Source: Myxococcales bacterium (GTDB lineage: Bacteria; Myxococcota_A; Polyangia; Polyangiales; Houyiibacteriaceae). From it: a stretch of 42,802 bases of DNA. Each line of letters opens with the position of its first letter. The stretch's first letter is position 1. The stretch is taken from the NCBI GenBank assembly GCA_050118395.1, contig JASFKY010000002.1, forward strand, positions 1 to 42,802, written 5' to 3'. Both the position numbers and the translations under genes were made by a program. The notes under the pieces were generated by a model. The model was not told the origin of the DNA, did not search any database, and saw only the letters and a program-made list of their open reading frames with translations. Positions 37,625 through 42,802 of this stretch are shown in pieces.

Positions 37625-40600
37625 TCGAGGCCATCGTCCGATGGTCGGTGCGAAACCGGGGCATCGTCGCCGGGGCCGTGGCGATCTTTGCGATCGGTGG
37701 CATCGTCGCTGGGTCGAATCTGCGGTTCGATGCGCTTCCCGATGTGACGGGGAAGCAGGTCATCGTCCTGACTCGGGCGCCGGGCCTCACGCCCGAAGAG
37801 GTCGAGCTCTTGGTTACGCGGCCGGTCGAGATGGTTCTCGGTGGGCTTCCAGGATCCAAAACCCAACGAAGCATCTCTCGCTACGGTCTGTCTTCGGTGA
37901 CGGTGGTCTTCGAGGAGCACGTCGATCTGTTGCGGGCACGGCAGCTGGTTCAAGAACGACTGTTCACCGTGCAAGGAACCATGCCGCCCGGGGTAGAACC
38001 ACCCGAGCTCGGCCCCCTGACTGGAGGCTTGGGCGAGATCTACCAATTCACGATGAGCTCGCCGGAACGCTCTCCTGCGGAGCTTTTGGAGTTGGTCCGA
38101 TTTCGTGTGGCTCCCATCCTGCGCTCGGTCCCAGGAGTGGTCGAAGTCAACTCTTGGGGAGGCGAACGTCGGACCATGGACGTCGTGGGTGACCCTGCAC
38201 GAATGGTTCATTATGGAGTAACGCTCGCACAGCTAACCGATGCGACCCGGAAAGCTACCGGGTACGCCGCCGGCGCGACCCTCGATGCGGGAAAATCCGG
38301 CGTGCTGCTTCGAGGCGTCGCCTGGCCCAAGAAGCCGAGCGAGCTCGCGGCGGCGGTGGTGGGCATGGCGCAAGACGGCGTTCCGATCCGAATCGGTGAT
38401 GTGGCCGACGTATTGGAAAGCTCAGCCGTGCGAATCGGCGCCGCGACCGCGGACGGTCGAGGGGAAACCGTCTACGTGATGGTTCAGATGGTGTTGGAGG
38501 CCAACGCCCTCGAAGTGCTCGATCGTGTCAAAGCGAAAATGCCTCAAGTTCAGCGTGCTCTGCCACGAGACGTCCACATCCAGGTGGTCTATGACCGCAG
38601 CGAGCTCGTCGATGCCACGCTGAGGACCGTATTCTCGAACTTGCTGGAAGGTGGTCTTCTGGTCGTGGGCGTCCTCTTCGTTTTGCTCGGGAGCTTTCGC
38701 GCGGGGGCTTTGGTCGCTTCGGTCATTCCGTTGTCGATGCTCGGGGCAGTCGCGGGAATGGTTCTGCTCGACGTGCCGGGCAACCTCATGAGCTTGGGTG
38801 CGCTCGACTTTGGATTGTTGGTCGACGGCGCTGTGGTCATGGTGGAGGCGGTCTTTCATTCCGCCCACGACAAAGCACGTCGTCTTGCAGAGCTCGTCGA
38901 GGACACCACGACCCGCATGGCGAGACCGGTTTTCTTCGCCGTTCTCATCATCATTTTGGTCTACATTCCCATTCTCAGCCTCACCGGTGTCGAGGGAAAG
39001 ATGTACCGCCCGATGGCGCTGACGGTGTTGTTGGCGTTGTTGAGCGCGCTGATCCTGTCGCTCACCTACGTGCCGGCCATGTCTCGTCTCGTCTTGCGCG
39101 ACCGGGACGTGCCCGAGCGACCACCCTGGTTGGTTCGTTGGGTTTCGAAGAAGTATGCCCCTCTCCTGGACTGGTCCATCGACCACCCGCGACAAATCGT
39201 CGCCGCTGCGGTCGTGCTGCTGGCAATCGGCGCGTCGCTCGCTGCACTGGCAGGCTCCGCATTCGTACCCCAACTCGATGAGGGAGATCTGGTAGTGCAG
39301 ACCGTTCGCGACGCAGACATCCAGATCCACACCGCCGTCGCAGACAATACCCAAATGGAGGCTGCCATCCTCGCGTCGGTTCCCGAGGTGCGGCACATTG
39401 CCTCGCGCATCGGTAGCCCGGAAGTGGCCACGGACGTCATGGGCCGCGAACAGGCTGATGTATTCGTCGATTTGGCGCCTCGTAGCGAATGGCGGGAAGG
39501 CGTGGATCGGGAACAGCTCATCGACGAAATCAGTCAGGCCATCGCCCGCGCCGCACCCGCCCAGGAAGTGGCTTTCACGCAGCCCATTCAAATGAGGTTC
39601 AACGAGCTGGTTGGTGGAAGCGTCACCGACGTATCCCTCAGCATCTACGGGGAGAACTTGACTGTGCTCCACGGTTTCGCCGAACGCGTGGTCTCGGCCC
39701 TATCCAGAGTCGAAGGGGCAGCGGACGTTCGGGTCTTGGCGCCCCCCTCGGTCGGCTTGCTCGAGGTAGTGCCCCGCCCACTCGAGGCAAGCCGCCTCGG
39801 ATTCCGTCCCGAAGACGTTCTGGAGCACGTGAGAGCAGCGCGAGCCGGGATCGTCGTGGGAACGACTTACGACGGTCCCGTGCAGATCCCAGTACGCGTC
39901 CGACTGGGCACGAGGCCCGACGCGTTCTCGTTCGATCAATTCCTATTGCCAACCCCGCAGAAATCGCTCGTCGCCTTGTCGCAAGTGGCCGAGGTGATCC
40001 ACGACCGCGGACCTGCGCTCGTCAATCACGAGATGGCGCAGCGGCGCGTGATCGTCGGGCTCAACGTTCGCGGTCGCGACCTGGGATCGGTGGTGCACGA
40101 CGCACAGGCGCTGCTCGACGATGCCTCTCTTCAACCCCCCGAAGGAGCGCTCTTGGCCTGGGGTGGACAGTACGAAAGCCTGGAAAGAGCAAAAAGGCGG
40201 CTGAACGTCATCATTCCCGTCGTGCTGTTGCTCATGCTCGCGCTGCTGCTCGGGCTTTTCAGGCGCTTGTCGCCAGCCCTCATGATTTTGCTCAACGTGC
40301 CTTTTGCGGCCGTTGGCGGAATCGTGGCTCTGTCTGCGCGCGGACTCCCGATCTCGGTTTCCGCGGTCGTGGGATTCATCGCGTTGAGCGGAATCGCAGT
40401 CCTCAATGGTGTCGTGCTGGTCTCGGCGCTCATGACCGAGCTCCAAGAAGGGGCGAACGTGGTGGAAGCGGTGCGGCGCGCTGCGCATTCCAGGCTGCGT
40501 CCCGTGTTGATGACCGCACTCGTCGCGGCGCTCGGCTTCGTCCCGATGACGCTGGCCACTGGCGTGGGCGCTGAAGTCCAGCGGCCCTTGGCCACCGTCG

Positions 40601-40728
40601 TGGTGGGTGGGCTCGTGACCAGCACCTTGCTGACCCTGGTCATTCTTCCGGCCATCGTCCCTCCGGTCTTCTCGCGGACCCTCAAATCGACGGCTCGTCC
40701 ATCCCCTGCGCCGACTCCTTCATCCTGA
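37621..40728 (+). CDS. czcA: heavy-metal efflux RND transporter (CzcA/CusA family, divalent-cation type motif)
   Basis: 1035 aa with a GTG start in a GTGA overlap with the czcB stop. It has a 12-TM RND architecture. TM4 carries DFGLLVDGAVVMVEA, matching the HME-RND signature DFG-x3-DGA-x3-VE(N) of divalent-metal exporters rather than the CusA-type AxG...D(A/D)A pattern. Confidence 0.92.
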   Translation: MIEAIVRWSVRNRGIVAGAVAIFAIGGIVAGSNLRFDALPDVTGKQVIVLTRAPGLTPEEVELLVTRPVEMVLGGLPGSKTQRSISRYGLSSVTVVFEEHVDLLRARQLVQERLFTVQGTMPPGVEPPELGPLTGGLGEIYQFTMSSPERSPAELLELVRFRVAPILRSVPGVVEVNSWGGERRTMDVVGDPARMVHYGVTLAQLTDATRKATGYAAGATLDAGKSGVLLRGVAWPKKPSELAAAVVGMAQDGVPIRIGDVADVLESSAVRIGAATADGRGETVYVMVQMVLEANALEVLDRVKAKMPQVQRALPRDVHIQVVYDRSELVDATLRTVFSNLLEGGLLVVGVLFVLLGSFRAGALVASVIPLSMLGAVAGMVLLDVPGNLMSLGALDFGLLVDGAVVMVEAVFHSAHDKARRLAELVEDTTTRMARPVFFAVLIIILVYIPILSLTGVEGKMYRPMALTVLLALLSALILSLTYVPAMSRLVLRDRDVPERPPWLVRWVSKKYAPLLDWSIDHPRQIVAAAVVLLAIGASLAALAGSAFVPQLDEGDLVVQTVRDADIQIHTAVADNTQMEAAILASVPEVRHIASRIGSPEVATDVMGREQADVFVDLAPRSEWREGVDREQLIDEISQAIARAAPAQEVAFTQPIQMRFNELVGGSVTDVSLSIYGENLTVLHGFAERVVSALSRVEGAADVRVLAPPSVGLLEVVPRPLEASRLGFRPEDVLEHVRAARAGIVVGTTYDGPVQIPVRVRLGTRPDAFSFDQFLLPTPQKSLVALSQVAEVIHDRGPALVNHEMAQRRVIVGLNVRGRDLGSVVHDAQALLDDASLQPPEGALLAWGGQYESLERAKRRLNVIIPVVLLLMLALLLGLFRRLSPALMILLNVPFAAVGGIVALSARGLPISVSAVVGFIALSGIAVLNGVVLVSALMTELQEGANVVEAVRRAAHSRLRPVLMTALVAALGFVPMTLATGVGAEVQRPLATVVVGGLVTSTLLTLVILPAIVPPVFSRTLKSTARPSPAPTPSS

Positions 40729-41293
40729 TCGGCTCGTCCGATGCCTGCATGGGCAACATCAAATCCTCGAGGAAGAAAGCAGCCAGGTCATGTCTCCCCG
40801 AAAGCCCCGCCTTCTTGTAGACCGCCCGAGCCTGTTGCCTTGCGGTCGCTTCGGTCACCGACCGGACCTCGGCGATGTCTTTGTGGCTCAGACCTTTGAG
40901 CAGAAGCAAAGCCACCTCCTTTTCGGCAGGCGACAGCCTCCACCGATCGAACTGCTGATCGAGCGCCGCGGCGAGGCCATTCATCAGGTCGCGAGCCTCG
41001 TTCCGCCACCGATTGGCCTCCCCACGGGTGACGTCGAGCTCCTCGGCCAGGTCGGCTGCTTCCCTGTGCATCGCCCGAGCCTGCCGCAAAACGAGGATCA
41101 GCCGCCGCGCCATGAAGGCGGCGCCAACCAGTCCGATGAGGAGAATCGCCGCCTCGGCAGCCACATGGGCGAGATCGGTGCCCTCGCGCATGTCCGACCA
41201 AATATCGACCGCGGCAAACAAAGCAACGACGATGAATGCAGTCAGAAGGCCGAACAGGACTCGGCGCTCCGAGGTCAAGAGCGAAGCGTGCAT
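40682..41293 (-). CDS. membrane-anchored LuxR/GerE-family transcriptional regulator
   Basis: About 203 aa from ATG 41293, with an AAGGA RBS 9 nt upstream. The alternative is ATG 41311. It has two predicted TM helices (VLFGLLTAFIVVALFAAVDIW; AAEAAILLIGLVGAAFMA), a charged helical linker, and a C-terminal LuxR HTH (LSPAEKEVALLLLKGLSHKDIAEVRSVTEATARQQARAVYKKAG). Confidence 0.8.
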   Translation of the reverse strand: MHASLLTSERRVLFGLLTAFIVVALFAAVDIWSDMREGTDLAHVAAEAAILLIGLVGAAFMARRLILVLRQARAMHREAADLAEELDVTRGEANRWRNEARDLMNGLAAALDQQFDRWRLSPAEKEVALLLLKGLSHKDIAEVRSVTEATARQQARAVYKKAGLSGRHDLAAFFLEDLMLPMQASDEPIRMKESAQGMDEPSI

Positions 41294-41415
41294 CAGACGT
41301 ATCCTTCGCATGTAGCATGCGGTGCAATCAAGAGCCTGAAATCGTTTGTGTATCACATCTGCACTATGGCGCCCGGTCCCAACTTGGACCACTTTCGTCG
41401 AGCGAGGTTGCCGTC

Positions 41416-41940
41416 ATGGACCAGTTTCTATTTCATCCGAAAGTCGTTCACCTGCCCATCGCTCTGGCCGTCTTGATGCCGGTCATCGCCAGTGGAATCG
41501 CGTTGGCCTGGTGGCGAGGCTGGTTCGATCGCCGCGTTTGGGTCATCGTCTTTTTCCTGCAAGGCGCTTTGGTCGGCTCGGGATTGCTCGCCATGAATAC
41601 GGGCGAGTCTGAGGAAGATCGTGTCGAAGAGATCGTCGCTGAAAAGCACATCGAGGAACACGAGGAAGCCGCCGAAATCTTCGTCTGGGCCAGCGGTATC
41701 GTCCTCGTCTTGATGGCCTTGCCGCTGATCCTGAGCGAAGGGCAACTCCGTCAGGCGACCATCGTGGCTGCTTGCATAGGGACGGTCATCGTATTGGCAT
41801 TCGGCTTCCGCGCAGGCGAGGCCGGCGGACGGCTTGTTTATCAATACGGGGCCGCCCAGGCTTACGTCACAGCAGCTGGTGCACAAGGGGGCAAAATCCA
41901 TGCGGTCGAAGAATATGAAGATGAAGGCGAAGAGGACTGA
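41416..41940 (+). CDS. DUF2231-like integral membrane protein with acidic loop and tail
   Basis: 174 aa from ATG 41416. The N-terminal HPKVVHLPIAL motif and four hydrophobic helices are typical of DUF2231. It has an acidic loop GESEEDRVEEIVAEKHIEEHEEAAE and a C-terminus EEYEDEGEED. Confidence 0.7.
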   Translation: MDQFLFHPKVVHLPIALAVLMPVIASGIALAWWRGWFDRRVWVIVFFLQGALVGSGLLAMNTGESEEDRVEEIVAEKHIEEHEEAAEIFVWASGIVLVLMALPLILSEGQLRQATIVAACIGTVIVLAFGFRAGEAGGRLVYQYGAAQAYVTAAGAQGGKIHAVEEYEDEGEED

Positions 41941-42802
41941 CGGCTCCCTCAGGAGTCTTTGCGCGTCCGCGTGGGTCCTAGGCGTCGCGGTTGCTCTGAC
42001 TCTGCTTGCTTCCTCGACGGCGCGAGCCGATGGCGACTGGCACGGCTCGGCCGCCGCCGGCGGAGACTTCGCGCTCGTTCCCGAAATCACCGGCTTCGGG
42101 TTTGCGTTGTTCGAAGCGATCGGCCAGGACCAGGTGGGCAAGGGCGATCTTCGGCTCTACTACAACACCGATACGGTCCACGTCGAGATCCAACGCATCC
42201 CCCTCGCCAAGAACCTGGAGCTTTGGGTGGGGCTTCGCGGCGAGTTGTTCTTTGCCGGGCTGCTGCGTCAGTATTACCAGCAGGGGCTCCGCGTCTCGAA
42301 CCAAGGCTTCAACGCGAGCTACGTGGTGCTCTTGCCGAAGCTCCAATGGCACTTCGCGCCGAATCACACGCTCGAAATTCAAACCAATGCGCGACGTTGG
42401 TTCTTCGGCAACCACAAGACCGACCCGGCCTACGTACTGCCCGCGAGCACCTGGGTGTTCGAGCCGCGACTGGGATACATCTACTGGAACGTCACCTCGC
42501 CATCCGAGGAGTACCGCGCATCGAAGCTTTTTCCCCGGATCTACGGCATCGCGGTGGGCGCATCGGCAGGCGTCGACGTGCGCTCTGATGTGCGCGCATG
42601 GGGCTTCGTCGGAGACGGACGAAACGACCCCACCAAGGCCATTTGGACTCTGAACCAATGGCTGCGAGGCGGCTGGAAGACATCGGACCGGTTTCGCGTC
42701 GAGCTTCAGGAAACCTTCAACTGGGGCTGGCACCAAGACGACATCACGCGCATGCGGGTGGGCGGCATGAATCCCTACGTCGTGGTCGTTCCCGGTTTGC
42801 CG
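41921..42802 (+). CDS. secreted, aromatic-rich (possibly beta-barrel) protein of unknown function, 5' part (runs off the window end)
   Basis: Absent from the ORF track because there is no stop. I translated 294 stop-free codons from ATG 41921 (alternative ATG 41915): MKAKRTDGSLRSLCASAWVLGVAVALTLLASSTARADGDWHG... It has a clear signal peptide, strong GC3 bias and W/Y/F-rich alternating segments. It overlaps the DUF2231 gene stop by 20 nt. Confidence 0.5.
   Translation, partial: MKAKRTDGSLRSLCASAWVLGVAVALTLLASSTARADGDWHGSAAAGGDFALVPEITGFGFALFEAIGQDQVGKGDLRLYYNTDTVHVEIQRIPLAKNLELWVGLRGELFFAGLLRQYYQQGLRVSNQGFNASYVVLLPKLQWHFAPNHTLEIQTNARRWFFGNHKTDPAYVLPASTWVFEPRLGYIYWNVTSPSEEYRASKLFPRIYGIAVGASAGVDVRSDVRAWGFVGDGRNDPTKAIWTLNQWLRGGWKTSDRFRVELQETFNWGWHQDDITRMRVGGMNPYVVVVPGLP

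Noticed and set aside
41978-42736. 252-aa minus-strand ORF and the plus-strand ORFs 41959..42588 and 42006..42653.
   Set aside because: Their translations are Arg/Pro/Gly-rich without structure. The third plus frame (from 41921) has a signal peptide, strong GC3 bias and no stop to the window end, so it is the better coding model.
1-42802. Search for CRISPR arrays, rRNA/tRNA genes, IS elements, integrases, toxin-antitoxin pairs or known defence genes.
   Set aside because: I saw no regularly spaced direct repeats. No ORF has transposase, integrase, nuclease-helicase or small TA-like features. All intergenic regions are 338 nt or shorter and lack structured-RNA hallmarks that I can recognise by eye.

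Overview
This is a GC-rich, densely coding chromosomal segment from a diderm bacterium. Lipobox lipoproteins, an AsmA-family protein, RND efflux genes and outer-membrane barrels support the diderm call. Gly-rich lipoprotein linkers and a mevalonate-pathway enzyme next to menaquinone genes hint at a Myxococcota-like lineage, but that is inference only.

I support about 33 protein-coding genes. Two are partial genes at the window edges that are missing from the ORF track because they lack an in-window stop. I found no rRNA, tRNA, CRISPR array, transposase, integrase, phage gene or recognisable defence gene.

Gene blocks in order:
1. Serine-hydrolase fragment and metH on the minus strand, divergent from a GGDEF cyclase plus an SDR-like gene.
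2. A very tightly packed minus-strand isoprenoid-quinone operon (17139 to 5922): GbsR/MarR-like regulator, ispB-like polyprenyl synthase, class II HMG-CoA reductase, menG/ubiE, menF, menD, menH, menA, menC, menE and a parvulin. menB is absent.
3. ilvD, an orphan sulfotransferase, an alpha/beta-hydrolase-OsmC fusion, an ABC-F ATPase, an MBL hydrolase and an AsmA-family protein with a long charged tail.
4. A run of exported envelope proteins: lipoprotein, anchored amidohydrolase, beta-propeller lipoprotein, outer-membrane barrel and a CarboxypepD_reg-like lipoprotein. The central divergent promoter region is AT-rich and carries a strong Fur-type box.
5. A czcCBA-type heavy-metal RND efflux operon whose 3' end overlaps a convergent membrane-anchored LuxR-type regulator. 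This is followed by a DUF2231-like membrane protein and a secreted protein.

Most long ORFs in the track that lie antisense to these genes are GC-driven artefacts. Several track ORFs are also over-extended at the 5' end. I see no compelling evidence for a wholly new system. The best leads are:
- the HMG-CoA reductase translationally coupled inside a menaquinone operon;
- the Fur-box-controlled barrel protein with a 31-aa tandem repeat;
- the membrane-anchored LuxR / DUF2231 / secreted-protein module next to czcCBA.

All family assignments come from motif recognition by eye, not from database searches.
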